Shown here one piece after another: positions 1 to 9,820 of a stretch of 64,000 nt of DNA. Every line of letters begins with the position of its first letter. The first letter of the stretch is position 1. The notes below the pieces were generated by a model. That model ran no database searches. It was not told the DNA's origin and worked only from the letters and a program-made list of their open reading frames with translations. This stretch comes from an uncultured Armatimonadetes bacterium (GTDB taxonomy: Bacteria > Armatimonadota > UBA5829 > DTJY01). A program made the position numbers and the translations under genes. The DNA is taken from NCBI GenBank assembly GCA_963717145.1, contig OY970325.1, forward strand, positions 416,001 to 480,000, given 5' to 3'.

Positions 1-60
1 GAGACTGTACTGAAGGAGCGGGTGGATCACATGAAGGAAACCCCCGCCGAGTCCGAGTAG
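1..60 (+). CDS. 3' end of an unidentified CDS entering the window
   Basis: Open frame ETVLKERVDHMKETPAESE* ends with TAG at 58-60 and is followed by a hairpin. Confidence 0.45.
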   Translation, partial: ETVLKERVDHMKETPAESE

Positions 61-163
61 TGAATACGGCGGGCGCCCGGGGTCATCCAGACTTTCCCAG
101 GAGCGAAGCGAAGAATCCGGGCGGCGGAGGGTCGATAGTACGCCCGCTCGTGCCAACTCAAAC

Positions 164-194
164 AAGAACGCCTGCCATTGAGGCAGGCGTTCTT
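164..194. terminator. Probable bidirectional terminator hairpin
   Basis: 13-bp perfect stem AAGAACGCCTGCC/GGCAGGCGTTCTT between convergent genes. Confidence 0.65.
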
Positions 195-281
195 ACACCA
201 TCGGTAGTGGTTGTGAAGGCGGCATTATCAGCCGTCTCAAATATCACTGTCAGTCAATACGATTGGTTGCGCCGATACCGA

Positions 282-923
282 CTACGAAGATTCAAGGATC
301 AGAGCGATCTTGTCCACGTAGCTCTGCACCCAGTAGCCATGCCAAGCCTGCAAGACCCCGGTCGACGCGAAATCTTCGGGTATGCCGAAATCACAGAGAC
401 TCTGAGTCGAACCGTCCCACCAGAATCCGAATGAGTTCAGCCAGCCCTCTGTCTTTGCGGCCTGCTGAAGGCTGATGGTGACGTTGCCGTCCACAACCTT
501 AGCATTCTCCCAAGTGAACTCCGTGCTGAAGGGATTGCCGATGATAGCCCAACCGGCTTTCGGCAGGCTGACCCAGACGTCCATAGCGTCGTTGTCATCC
601 AGGCCGGGGTAAGAGATTGTCCCAGCCGCGTCGGTGACCAGCCAGTATCCATCCGTCAGGAGCATGTTCCCGAACGCCTCGGGAGACCATGTGTCGTAGA
701 GAAGGATGCTCTGTGTAGCCGCGTCCCAGCGATAGAGGCTCCCGTCGATCGGGATGCTGCCAAAAACGCTGGTGGGTGTGGGATCGACAGGTATGCCTGG
801 CAGAGCCAAAAGGTTCCAACCAGCATTCACTGTTCCAGCCGGGGACGTGATCGTTGTGAGAGCCGCCGTTGCAGGCACTGAAAGAACCGCAATCAGTGCC
901 AATCCGATGAGCAATCGCTTCAT
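282..923 (-). CDS. Secreted hypothetical protein with GWNL-type beta repeats
   Basis: Signal peptide, GWNLLALP/GWAIIGNPF and GYW motifs, RBS GGAGG. Confidence 0.75.
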   Translation of the reverse strand: MKRLLIGLALIAVLSVPATAALTTITSPAGTVNAGWNLLALPGIPVDPTPTSVFGSIPIDGSLYRWDAATQSILLYDTWSPEAFGNMLLTDGYWLVTDAAGTISYPGLDDNDAMDVWVSLPKAGWAIIGNPFSTEFTWENAKVVDGNVTISLQQAAKTEGWLNSFGFWWDGSTQSLCDFGIPEDFASTGVLQAWHGYWVQSYVDKIALILESS

Positions 924-1051
924 TTCGTTACCCTCCTACCGATGAGTTAGAAACTTGCCGGCCTCGGCTTCATGGCATGTTTACCCATCAATCAGCGGGA
1001 TGATGCGCGAACACGCCTGACGTTACGTACCGAGAGTCAGCCTCGGTTACT

Positions 1052-1080
1052 AATTTAGCATCTTGTGACAAAAGAGTCAA
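1052..1080 (-). promoter_or_regulatory. Sigma-70-type promoter of the 282..923 gene
   Basis: TTGACT-N17-TAAATT on the minus strand. Confidence 0.5.
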
Positions 1081-1132
1081 CAGGTAAAAATACCTAATTT
1101 GTGTTGCTCGGGCAGATGAGCACGATCCAACC

Positions 1133-2122
1133 CTAGCGTCTCAACTCCTCTGGCACGGTGGAGTCGAGGTTCGACTCGACCTCACCGGCGACTTCTATGC
1201 CTGCCTCTTCGAGCGCGAGCATCAGTGCGCCGACGACCGGCTCGTACCTCGGGGTGATGACGAGTGCCCTCGGAGCGACCGGCTTGATGATCCCTTTGAT
1301 GGTGTCGAGCATCAGCGGGCCCTTGCCTTTGAAGACGCTTCCGGCAAGCACGACCTCGAACTCGTCGTCTTCGAGTCCGAGCTTCCTGATGAGATTGTTC
1401 GCCGAGATGCCGGCTTCGACCCCGAACCTGGTGATAAGTTCGATGGCCACTTCGTCGCCCTCGAAGGCCGCCTCGAAACAGATGGGGCAGAGACCGGGAA
1501 TGCGCTTGTGCGGCTCGCGGTTGTAGTAAAGGTAGCGGGCGAGTTCGTACATATCGTCGTAGACGAAGTATTCCCTGACCCTCTGCTCCAGGACGGTCTT
1601 CTTGCCCCGCCCGTCCCACGAGCGGAAGGCATGATGAAGGACCTCCCGCGCGATCGTATGCCCGCCCCCGACATCGCCGTAGAGAAACCCTTCTGAGATG
1701 TACCGTACCTCCGTGCCGTCCTTCCCGAGACCGGCTCCGTTGAACCCGCTGCCCATGATGATGCAGACGCCGAACGGACGGCGAATTCCCGCCCTCAGTC
1801 CGGCGATCGAGTCGTTCTTCACGGTGCACTTGCGGGCGACATGCAGATCCTCCATCGCCTGGGTCAGCATCTCGAAGTCCTCGGGGTAGAAGTCGGCGCC
1901 TGCGAGTGCGAAGACTCCCTGCCGGACCTCGTCCTTCGCCGGGCCGCCCTGATTGATCGCCTGCTCGACGCACTTGAGGATGTTGACCTTCGCGGTTTCC
2001 AGGCCGACGACCTCGAAACTCCCCGGGCCGGCTTTCCCGAAACCCTTGATGGTTCCATCAAGTTCAGCCGCCAGGCAGAAGGACTTCGTACCTCCCGCGT
2101 CAACACCGATAACGTATGTCAC
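1133..2122 (-). CDS. BadF/BadG/BcrA/BcrD-family (N-acetylglucosamine-kinase-like) sugar kinase
   Basis: IGVDAGGTK phosphate-1 motif, ND motif, LAGSVF; GTG start after GGAGG. Confidence 0.85.
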   Translation of the reverse strand: MTYVIGVDAGGTKSFCLAAELDGTIKGFGKAGPGSFEVVGLETAKVNILKCVEQAINQGGPAKDEVRQGVFALAGADFYPEDFEMLTQAMEDLHVARKCTVKNDSIAGLRAGIRRPFGVCIIMGSGFNGAGLGKDGTEVRYISEGFLYGDVGGGHTIAREVLHHAFRSWDGRGKKTVLEQRVREYFVYDDMYELARYLYYNREPHKRIPGLCPICFEAAFEGDEVAIELITRFGVEAGISANNLIRKLGLEDDEFEVVLAGSVFKGKGPLMLDTIKGIIKPVAPRALVITPRYEPVVGALMLALEEAGIEVAGEVESNLDSTVPEELRR

Positions 2123-2138
2123 GAGAACCTCCTGCGGA

Positions 2139-2197
2139 GAATGGGAGAGTGGGGGAATGGGAGCGCCCAGTCTCCCATTCCCCCACTCTCCCATTCA
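2139..2197. repeat. GGGAGAGT/ACTCTCCC octamer-built palindromic element
   Basis: 25-bp perfect arms GAATGGGAGAGTGGGGGAATGGGAG; relatives at about 32900, 44120, 61300 and 62295. Confidence 0.8.
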
Positions 2198-3469
2198 TCT
2201 CCGCTGTCTCCCAAACTGCGGCAGATACTCCGCGTTTGCCTCCAGAATGCGGTCGAGAAGCTGCTGGGCTACCGTGAACGACGGCACGAGCGGATGAGCC
2301 ACCAACGCCTTGAGCGCTATCTTCTTTGACCCTTCGACTGCCGCCTTGACCGTAAGCTCCTCGTAGGATTTCACCGCCTGAAGCAGCCCGCGGATCTCCA
2401 GCGGGATGTCTCCGATCGCCAGAGGATGTGCGCCTCCGCCGTCGATCATGCAGTTCGCCTCGATCGCGCAGTCCGGCGGAAGACACGGGATCGTGCTCCC
2501 GTTCCGCGCGTTCACGATGTGCAATTCCTTCTTGTTGTTGTGGATCGCGCTCGCGAGCGACACGGCCGCGGTCGAGTAATGCGCTCCACCTCGCTTCTCG
2601 AGTTCCTTCGGCTTCCTCTTCAGATTCGGGTTCTGGTATTTCTTCAACAACGCCGCCTCGACCTCGGCCACTATCTCGCCGCGCGTCTTCTCCGCCTTCT
2701 TGAGCGCTTCCATAACCTTGTCTCGGGCATAGTAGTAGTGGAGGTATCCGTTTGGGATCATGCCATATGCCTTGATCCACTCCTGATCTTCCTCCGGACG
2801 CCCGGCGAGCGACTTTTTCACGGCTTCTTTGGTGACGTCCTTCCCCTTGACAGTGACCTTTGTGATCCAGCTCAGGTGGTTCAAACCGACATATGTGAGC
2901 AGAAGGTCCTCCGGCTCACATTCCAGCTTCTTGGCAAGGGATTTCGTCATGCCGATCGGAACATTGCAGAGCCCGATGACGTTGGTCCTGGAGTGCTTAA
3001 GGAGCGCCTCCGTGACGATGCCGCTCGGGTTCGTGAAGTTGATCCACCAGGCATTCGGCGCGAGTTTCTCGATATCGCGGGCGATGTCGAGCATCACGGG
3101 GATGGTCCGGAGCGCCTTGGCGAATCCGCCCGGACCGGTTGTCTCCTGGCCGAGGATGCCGAACTCGATGGGTATATGCTCGTCGCGAATCCGCGCCGGG
3201 ATACCGCCGACCCTGATCTGCGTAAGCACGAAATCCGCGCCTTCAAGGGCCTTCTTCCGATCGGTGAGGAGTTCGACTCTCGCGCCGAGGCCCGCCTTTT
3301 CCACCATTCGTGTGGCGAGGCTGCCCACGATACTGAGTTTGTCGCCGTCGATATCCATGAGGGCGATCCTCTCGACGGGCAGCTCTTTCTTTCGCTTGAT
3401 GAACCCCTCGATCAGTTCAGGAGTATATGTGCTTCCCGCGCCGATGACGCAGATCTTCAGCCCATCCAT
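2195..3469 (-). CDS. GH4 6-phospho-beta-glucosidase
   Basis: IGAGSTYTP, GQETTGPGG, NFTNP, GLCN and GLNH motifs. Confidence 0.92.
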   Translation of the reverse strand: MDGLKICVIGAGSTYTPELIEGFIKRKKELPVERIALMDIDGDKLSIVGSLATRMVEKAGLGARVELLTDRKKALEGADFVLTQIRVGGIPARIRDEHIPIEFGILGQETTGPGGFAKALRTIPVMLDIARDIEKLAPNAWWINFTNPSGIVTEALLKHSRTNVIGLCNVPIGMTKSLAKKLECEPEDLLLTYVGLNHLSWITKVTVKGKDVTKEAVKKSLAGRPEEDQEWIKAYGMIPNGYLHYYYARDKVMEALKKAEKTRGEIVAEVEAALLKKYQNPNLKRKPKELEKRGGAHYSTAAVSLASAIHNNKKELHIVNARNGSTIPCLPPDCAIEANCMIDGGGAHPLAIGDIPLEIRGLLQAVKSYEELTVKAAVEGSKKIALKALVAHPLVPSFTVAQQLLDRILEANAEYLPQFGRQRR

Positions 3470-3484
3470 GAGGATTCACCGCCC

Positions 3485-4765
3485 TTACATCGTTCTCATC
3501 ACCATGCCGGTGAGGAGCTTGGGGTAAAAAAACGTCGATTTCTGCGGCATGATGTCGCCCGCCGCCGCGACCTCGCGGACCTCTTCGACTCTCATCGCAT
3601 TCATCAGAAATGAGAGACGGAACTCCCCGCTGTCCACGCGCGTCATCGCCTCCGAGTCGTCTCTCGTGTAGGCGACCCTGGCCTGACCGTCGGGAGTCTT
3701 GGTGTCGACGCCGAGGATGCCGTCGAGGATCATCGAATGCAGCACCGTGACGTCGAGCCGCTTGAGCGCATCCGAGCCGGGGATCTCCAGTGCCGTCGGG
3801 TCGAAATCAGCCCTCAGACGGATCATGTATGCTTTCCCCTCGCCGAGGTAGAGGCCGAATACCGCGCCGGCGTCATGCTCTGATGCAACGGCCGTCGCCA
3901 GGTCGTCGGGACTGAACTCGGCAACATCGAAGCTCCCTCTCAGGCGCTCGATCAGCGAGTTCTCATCGATCTCGATGTCGCAGACGAGTCTGTGGGTGGG
4001 GAGAATCGTGAGTCCGTCGTCCTCAAATGAGACGATCGTCATCATGACGAACTCGTGCGGCGCATTCGGATCTGTTGTTCCCGACTTGGCTCTCATCTCG
4101 TTTCGGTATGCCAGCGCCGAGTCGTAGCGGTGATGACCGTCCGCGATCAGAATCGGCTCGCCCTTCAGACGCCTGCTGAGTTCACCTGCGATCGCCGGAT
4201 CGGACACCATCCACATCCGGCACTTGATGCCCGCGGAGTCGGTGGCCTCCGCGCTCGGGATGCCCTCCGTGATCGTCTGCAGAACAGCCTGGACGCCTTT
4301 ACCGTCGTGAAGGCCGAAGATCGAATCGAGATTGGTCCTGGTCGCGCGGATCAAGTTCAAGCGATCTTCCCTCGCAAGGGCGAGCACTCGCTCATGAGGA
4401 AGAATCGCACCCGTGCCGTAGTCCTCAAGGCGTATCAGGCACGTCAGGCCGATGCGGCACATGGTCGTCCCGCCCGTATCGTAGGACTGCTCGCACACGT
4501 ACATCATCGGCGCGCGATCCTCGATCAGGATGCCATAATCGAGCCACTCACGCAGGAGACGCCCCGCCTCGGAGTACTTGTCTTGCCCGGGAGTCGCGTC
4601 GGGCAGAATCAGCCGGACTACGTTGTTTGGATGCTGCGCGAGGAGGCCTTCCTTCTGCTCCGGGGAGATGACGTCATAGGGTGGGGCAACAACTGAGTCG
4701 AGATCTCGAATCTTCTCGCTGTTGTACCTGATGCCGTGAAACGCCTGAACGTTCGCCGTCTCCAT
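3485..4765 (-). CDS. DUF1015 family protein
   Basis: PPYDVI, PHE, IADGHHRY, PTHR and MPQKSTFFYPK motifs; start overlaps the GH38 stop. Confidence 0.9.
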   Translation of the reverse strand: METANVQAFHGIRYNSEKIRDLDSVVAPPYDVISPEQKEGLLAQHPNNVVRLILPDATPGQDKYSEAGRLLREWLDYGILIEDRAPMMYVCEQSYDTGGTTMCRIGLTCLIRLEDYGTGAILPHERVLALAREDRLNLIRATRTNLDSIFGLHDGKGVQAVLQTITEGIPSAEATDSAGIKCRMWMVSDPAIAGELSRRLKGEPILIADGHHRYDSALAYRNEMRAKSGTTDPNAPHEFVMMTIVSFEDDGLTILPTHRLVCDIEIDENSLIERLRGSFDVAEFSPDDLATAVASEHDAGAVFGLYLGEGKAYMIRLRADFDPTALEIPGSDALKRLDVTVLHSMILDGILGVDTKTPDGQARVAYTRDDSEAMTRVDSGEFRLSFLMNAMRVEEVREVAAAGDIMPQKSTFFYPKLLTGMVMRTM

Positions 4766-7572
4766 TATCTCCGGACCTCCGCCTTCAGGGTGACTATCTG
4801 CCTGGTCTTGATCGCCAGGTTCGCGGATCCGCCGCTCCACTGCTCGCCGCCCTCGGGCACATCCTCATTGAGGTCCGTCTGAACGACGCTGTGCAGGCCC
4901 GAGAGATGAATCTTGCACGAAGCTGTATCGGCATGCGTCATGTTGACCGCGCGCAGGACGAGAGCATCCTCCCTTGAAGCTTTCTTCAGCGCGGTCATCA
5001 CGACCTCCGGCGAATCGATGCCGACGAAGCTACTTTCGCCGGGAAGGTCCCCGGAATGGATGCCGGTCTGGACCGCGCGCATCGGAACGTTGTGCGCCCA
5101 CGCCTGCTGCCAGGCCTTCGACTCCTGCCAGCCGTCCTTGTGCGGGCTGATTGCGTAACTGAACCGCTGCTTCCCGATGAGCTGCCCACCCTCCTGGTTC
5201 TCCGGTCCGCCGACGCCGCCGATGACCGAGCGCATCAGTGTGACGGCCACCGTCCGATCCACATCGTCCAGTACCTCGAACTCCGGCTGCCCGGCGTTGA
5301 TGACGGTGAGCCCGATCCCCTCGCCGCTGACGTCGACGAACGACTTCTGCGGGTGGGTCGAGGGCATCGGCTCGATCCAGTCGGGGCACTCCATGGTCTT
5401 GATCGGCCGGGTGACGACATCGAAGAGGCTCTCGGAGTTCGACTCCTCGGCTTCGACACCCGAGGGGAACAGCACTCTCAGCCGGTGATCGCGCGCCGTG
5501 TTGTCCACGTGAGTGACAATGTCCACGCGTCTAGAACCTCGCGCGAGGCTGACGTAGCTGGTGAAGGGGATGTCCGTCGTGTTGGCGCTTCTCTCGCGGC
5601 CGTTCGGATTCATCGACCCCGGCACGGTCAGAACCGTGTCGACCTTGAACGTGGCGCGCGCCGGACCGTTCTCGACGAGCGAGACCTGCGCCCGGCTGCC
5701 GATGCTCATCACCACCGTGTCCTTGAGCGGCTTGCGGTAGTTCCATCCGTCGCCGAAATCGCCGCCGTCCTCGAAGATCATCCCGCCCGCGTAGACTTCC
5801 TCGGTCTCTTTGTCTATCACAGTCAGCGTGCCGTCGGAATCGATCGCTACGATGAGGTGCTCGTTCTCGGCGGAGTTCGGGCCGTTCACGAGCGTCCCGA
5901 CCGGTCGATAGGGCGTATCGAGCGCCCGGACGTAGAAGGTCTTGTATCCGACCGAGGGAACTCCATTGGCGAGGAATGCGATCTTGTAGAGCTTAGTCGG
6001 AGTGCCGGTCGGGATATCGTACCACTCCTGATCGAACAGGCTGCCTTGATGCGCGTCGAGCACCTGGAACGGGACTTCAGATCCATCCGCGTCCACGACC
6101 TTGATGCCCTTCACATGCCAATCGTTCGGCAGATTGACTTCGGCGTCCACGACCTCCGAGCGTTCCCAGGACAGCGGGTTGAAGACGACGAGGGCGATGG
6201 CTGATGGGGAATGGTTGATGGTTGATGGTTGATGGGGGATGGTTGATGCTTCCGGCTCCCCATTAGCCATTAACCATGAACCATTGACCGTCGTCGTCAC
6301 CTTTCCCGCTATGAACTGAAGGCTTGTCGATGCGACCGGCTCGGCGATCATGCGCGCCTGATCGAAGCGGTAGACCATGTCCTTGTGTACGTGATCGAGG
6401 CTGCAGCCGCAGATCGAGTCGTGCGGGTGGTTCTGGAGCAGGTACTTCCACGCCAGCGCGATGTACGACGACGGATAGTCCCGCCCAAGAGTCCACGCGA
6501 TCGCGGAGAACGGCTCGGCCCACTTCTCGAGCAGCGTCTCGATCTGATGGTTCGCCTGCTTGAGATGGATGCGCGATGACATCACGCCGGCGAGAACGGC
6601 CTGCAGTTTCCACTTGCGGTTGCTCCATCGAAGCTCGCCCTCGATCGCCTGCAGTTCGGGGTTCTCCGACCTCACTGCCTCGACGAAGTCCGGGAGCGTG
6701 CTGTGGACCATCGCGCCGAGGTCCGTGTTGTGGTTCACGTCGCGAATGATTGCCGGGATCAGAGGGTTGGCGAGGATGTGATCGACCCCATCCATGAAGA
6801 GCAGGTGCGAGGTTGTCGGCTTCTCGCGCTCGCAGTCGGCCACGAGATCGGCGACCTCCTGCCGTGCCTTCGTGAGCCACTCGGTATCGGACGCCGGATC
6901 CCAGTCGGGTGCTTCGGATGGCTGAGGGGTGGGCGATGGTCCGGCTGACTGCAGTCGGTTCTCGCTCGCAGTCTTCAATCTGTTCGCTAGCGCGAGGGTC
7001 GTTCTCAGTCTGTAGTAGAAGTTGGAGTATGCATTGTCGTCCGGCATCTTTACGCACAGCACCTCTGAGCCGTCCGGACTGCGCCATGTAAACTCCGACT
7101 TAACCTGGTCGGCGCTGATGCCGCGGAAGAGCACAGCGTTGTCGATCCCGAAGCTGCGCATGAGTTGCGGGAACTGCGAGATGTGGCCGAAGCAGTCGGG
7201 CACGTATCCGATGCGCATCCAGTTGCCCCAGTCGTCGCCCATCGCGCGGCCGAGCATCAGGTTGCGGATCATCGACTCGCCGCTCACCAGGAACTCGTCC
7301 GGCTGGTTGTACCACGGGCCGATGAGGATTCGCCCCTCGCGCACCAGGCTCCGCAGTACCTCCTCGTTTTCTGGGCGGATCGCGAGGTAGTCGTCGAGCA
7401 TGATCGTCTGGCCGTCCATGTGGAAGTGCTTATACTCAGGGTTGGCCTGGAGGAGCTTGATCAGCTCGTCGATCAGGTCCACAAGGCGCATGCGGAAGTG
7501 TTGGAACGAGCGATACCACTCCCGGTCCCAGTGGGTGTGGCTGATGACATGCATGGTGTACTTCTTGGGCAA
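4765..7572 (-). CDS. GH38 alpha-mannosidase (MngB-like)
   Basis: SHTHWDREWY, DGQ, GPWY, PDCFGH and HDSICGC motifs. Confidence 0.92.
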   Translation of the reverse strand: MPKKYTMHVISHTHWDREWYRSFQHFRMRLVDLIDELIKLLQANPEYKHFHMDGQTIMLDDYLAIRPENEEVLRSLVREGRILIGPWYNQPDEFLVSGESMIRNLMLGRAMGDDWGNWMRIGYVPDCFGHISQFPQLMRSFGIDNAVLFRGISADQVKSEFTWRSPDGSEVLCVKMPDDNAYSNFYYRLRTTLALANRLKTASENRLQSAGPSPTPQPSEAPDWDPASDTEWLTKARQEVADLVADCEREKPTTSHLLFMDGVDHILANPLIPAIIRDVNHNTDLGAMVHSTLPDFVEAVRSENPELQAIEGELRWSNRKWKLQAVLAGVMSSRIHLKQANHQIETLLEKWAEPFSAIAWTLGRDYPSSYIALAWKYLLQNHPHDSICGCSLDHVHKDMVYRFDQARMIAEPVASTSLQFIAGKVTTTVNGSWLMANGEPEASTIPHQPSTINHSPSAIALVVFNPLSWERSEVVDAEVNLPNDWHVKGIKVVDADGSEVPFQVLDAHQGSLFDQEWYDIPTGTPTKLYKIAFLANGVPSVGYKTFYVRALDTPYRPVGTLVNGPNSAENEHLIVAIDSDGTLTVIDKETEEVYAGGMIFEDGGDFGDGWNYRKPLKDTVVMSIGSRAQVSLVENGPARATFKVDTVLTVPGSMNPNGRERSANTTDIPFTSYVSLARGSRRVDIVTHVDNTARDHRLRVLFPSGVEAEESNSESLFDVVTRPIKTMECPDWIEPMPSTHPQKSFVDVSGEGIGLTVINAGQPEFEVLDDVDRTVAVTLMRSVIGGVGGPENQEGGQLIGKQRFSYAISPHKDGWQESKAWQQAWAHNVPMRAVQTGIHSGDLPGESSFVGIDSPEVVMTALKKASREDALVLRAVNMTHADTASCKIHLSGLHSVVQTDLNEDVPEGGEQWSGGSANLAIKTRQIVTLKAEVRR
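6199..6290. repeat. ATGGTTG heptamer palindromic tract inserted in frame in GH38
   Basis: (ATGGTTG)n and CCATTAA units encode VNGSWLMANG..STIPHQPSTINHSPS. Confidence 0.75.
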
Positions 7573-7599
7573 CTGATCGCGCCTCCTCCATCCGAGATC

Positions 7600-7668
7600 A
7601 TACTCATACTCCTACTCCTACTCAAAAGGCCCGGAAGCATGAGTACGAGTAGGAGCATGAGTATGAGC
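7600..7668. repeat. Hexamer (TACTCM/GAGTA) inverted repeat
   Basis: tactcatactcctactcctactc...gagtacgagtaggagcatgagtatgag. Confidence 0.6.
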
Positions 7669-7809
7669 AGGCAGCCGACGGCTACTGGCTAGATGATAGC
7701 CGTTCAACAGGCGAGGTGTCAAGGAATCCGACTGCCGCCGTGAAGGTCTATTCCCCTCGCGGGTCTAACGTCATGACGTAACAACTTCGAGGAGGAGACC
7801 GCAACAACA

Positions 7810-9024
7810 ATGCCACGCAATCGTATCTACATTGCGATGATCGCCATCATCCTCGTCTGCTCGGCGGCATATGCCCAATTGCCGCTGATCCAGGAGGCCG
7901 AGGACTGCGCGGTCACCTGCAAAGCCGGGATGCAGATGCAGGACAACATCTGGGCGCGCAACTACAAGGAGACGCCCGCATTCTGGGGCAGGGACAAGGA
8001 AGACTCGATCGTCTGGGAGTACACCTTCAAGACCGCGCACAGCGACCTGAAGTTTGGCCTGCGCTACTCCTACGCCCAGGGCCACTACAGCGGGTTCGCC
8101 ACCCACAATCCCAAGCGGGTCCTCCATCTCATTGTGGACAGGAACAAGCCGATCGAGATCAAGGTGCCGGATACCGGTTGGTGGGACCTCTTCGAGACGG
8201 TCGCCGTCCCGCTCCCAAAGCTCTCGGCCAGGAAGCATACGTTCAAGATCACGCCGCCCGAGCCGGACATGACGACCAACATCGACAGCCTGATTATCTT
8301 CAACGGCAAGCTGGAGGCGCTTCCGATCAAGCTGCGGACAACGATCATCGCCCAGTCGAAGCACTTCATCCTGCGCACCTCGTTCGGCGCCACGCTGCCG
8401 ATGAAAGAGGACGCGATCCTGAAGGAGTTCGAGCGGATCTACGATCACTACAGCAAGTTCATGGGCTGGGAGTTCGTGGGGAAGATCCCGATCAACGTCA
8501 TCGAACAGGCGAAGTGGCCCTCGAACGCAACCGCATTCCAGAACGCCGGCGGGGTCTTCTTCCGGGCCGAGGTGATGGCGACCGAGCAGGGCAACTGGAC
8601 CCACGAGATGATCCACCAGATGTACGTCGCGCATTTCCCCGGCTGGTTCGACGAGGCGTCGGTCCGCGTGCTGACGACGCTCGTCTTCTATCAGGAGCTT
8701 TTCCCGCCCAAGAGCGGCGGTCCCATGTCCGACCCCGGGTACGTCGAGTATACCAAGGCGGGCCAGGACGTGCTGGCGACCCGTGACAAGACCTACGACG
8801 GCCTGGAGCCGATCCTTTGTGCACTGGCGGTGAAGTACGGGCCTGATGTCTACAGCAAGTTCTTCCATGCCTGTGCCGAGGCGGGGAAGAACAAGGAGAT
8901 CGACTTCACGCCGGGCCGCTGGCTCTCCAAAGACGAGATGATGAAGATGATGTCGAAGGCCGCCGGCGAGGATGTCACCCCGCTCTTCAAGCGCTGGAAC
9001 GGATTCGAGGGAGCACAGCCGTAA
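7810..9024 (+). CDS. Secreted CBM6/35-like domain plus gluzincin metallopeptidase-like domain
   Basis: Signal peptide, EAED, LRYS, PDTGWW, NIDSL; THEMIH followed by WFDE. Confidence 0.65.
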   Translation: MPRNRIYIAMIAIILVCSAAYAQLPLIQEAEDCAVTCKAGMQMQDNIWARNYKETPAFWGRDKEDSIVWEYTFKTAHSDLKFGLRYSYAQGHYSGFATHNPKRVLHLIVDRNKPIEIKVPDTGWWDLFETVAVPLPKLSARKHTFKITPPEPDMTTNIDSLIIFNGKLEALPIKLRTTIIAQSKHFILRTSFGATLPMKEDAILKEFERIYDHYSKFMGWEFVGKIPINVIEQAKWPSNATAFQNAGGVFFRAEVMATEQGNWTHEMIHQMYVAHFPGWFDEASVRVLTTLVFYQELFPPKSGGPMSDPGYVEYTKAGQDVLATRDKTYDGLEPILCALAVKYGPDVYSKFFHACAEAGKNKEIDFTPGRWLSKDEMMKMMSKAAGEDVTPLFKRWNGFEGAQP

Positions 9025-9106
9025 TGCGGAAGGCTCGGTCCGGGTGCTCGAGAGGACCGGGTCATCCCAACACCCAACACCCCCGTCCAGCCAGCGGCTT
9101 CCCCAA

Positions 9107-9136
9107 TTGACATGCCGATTTTGCCGGTGTTATACT
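9107..9136 (+). promoter_or_regulatory. Sigma-70 promoter of accB (leaderless)
   Basis: TTGACA-N18-TATACT with the ATG 6 nt downstream. Confidence 0.65.
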
Positions 9137-9142
9137 TGCGGC

Positions 9143-9619
9143 ATGCCGATTGACCATGACAAGATCAAGAAGCTGATCTCGCTGGTTGAGCAGAACAGCC
9201 TCACCGAACTCACGGTCGAGGAGGAAGGGCTCAGCGTCACCATCAGGGCCGAAGCCGCCGTCGCGCCTCAGGTCGTCTCCATGCCGGTGACGGAGGTTGC
9301 CATCGGGGTCGAATGCCCCGCCGGCGAGGTGACTGAGGCCGTGTCGGTTGAAGCGGTTGACGAGTCACATCTCTTCCGAGTCGAGTCGCCGATGACCGGA
9401 GTCTTCTACCGAACGCCCGCGCCCGACCAGCCGAACTACGTGGAGATCGGCGACGAGATAGAGGTCGGCCAGACCATCGGCCTTATCGAGGCGATGAAAG
9501 TCTTCAGCGAGGTACCATCGGATGTCGCGGGCATCGTCGTAGAGATCCCGGCGGAGGGCGGCAAGCTGGCCCAAGTCGGCGACGTGCTCGTCATCGTTGA
9601 CACCTCGGCAGCAGTTTAG
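9143..9619 (+). CDS. accB: Acetyl-CoA carboxylase biotin carboxyl carrier protein
   Basis: SPMTGVFY and IEAMK biotinylation motif. Confidence 0.93.
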   Translation: MPIDHDKIKKLISLVEQNSLTELTVEEEGLSVTIRAEAAVAPQVVSMPVTEVAIGVECPAGEVTEAVSVEAVDESHLFRVESPMTGVFYRTPAPDQPNYVEIGDEIEVGQTIGLIEAMKVFSEVPSDVAGIVVEIPAEGGKLAQVGDVLVIVDTSAAV

Positions 9620-9808
9620 AACACAGAGGCACAGAAGGCAGAGGAAGGCACAGAAAAGGCGTTTATCAGGAAACCAGGAAGATAGGAATCCAGGAAGGGA
9701 GAAAAGGCAAGACGGGGAACTCATCCGTTCTACCGCTCTCCGATTTCCTTCCTGCCTTCCTCATAGAGAATTCCGTGTTTCTGTGTGTTTCCGTGCTTCT
9801 GTGTTCTC
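9618..9808. repeat. Nested palindromic element (ACACAGA outer arms, CAGGAA inner arms)
   Basis: acacagaggcacaga...tctgtgtt encloses ccaggaa...ttcctg; same architecture at 11110-11280. Confidence 0.7.
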
Positions 9809-9820
9809 CGGAGAATCATA

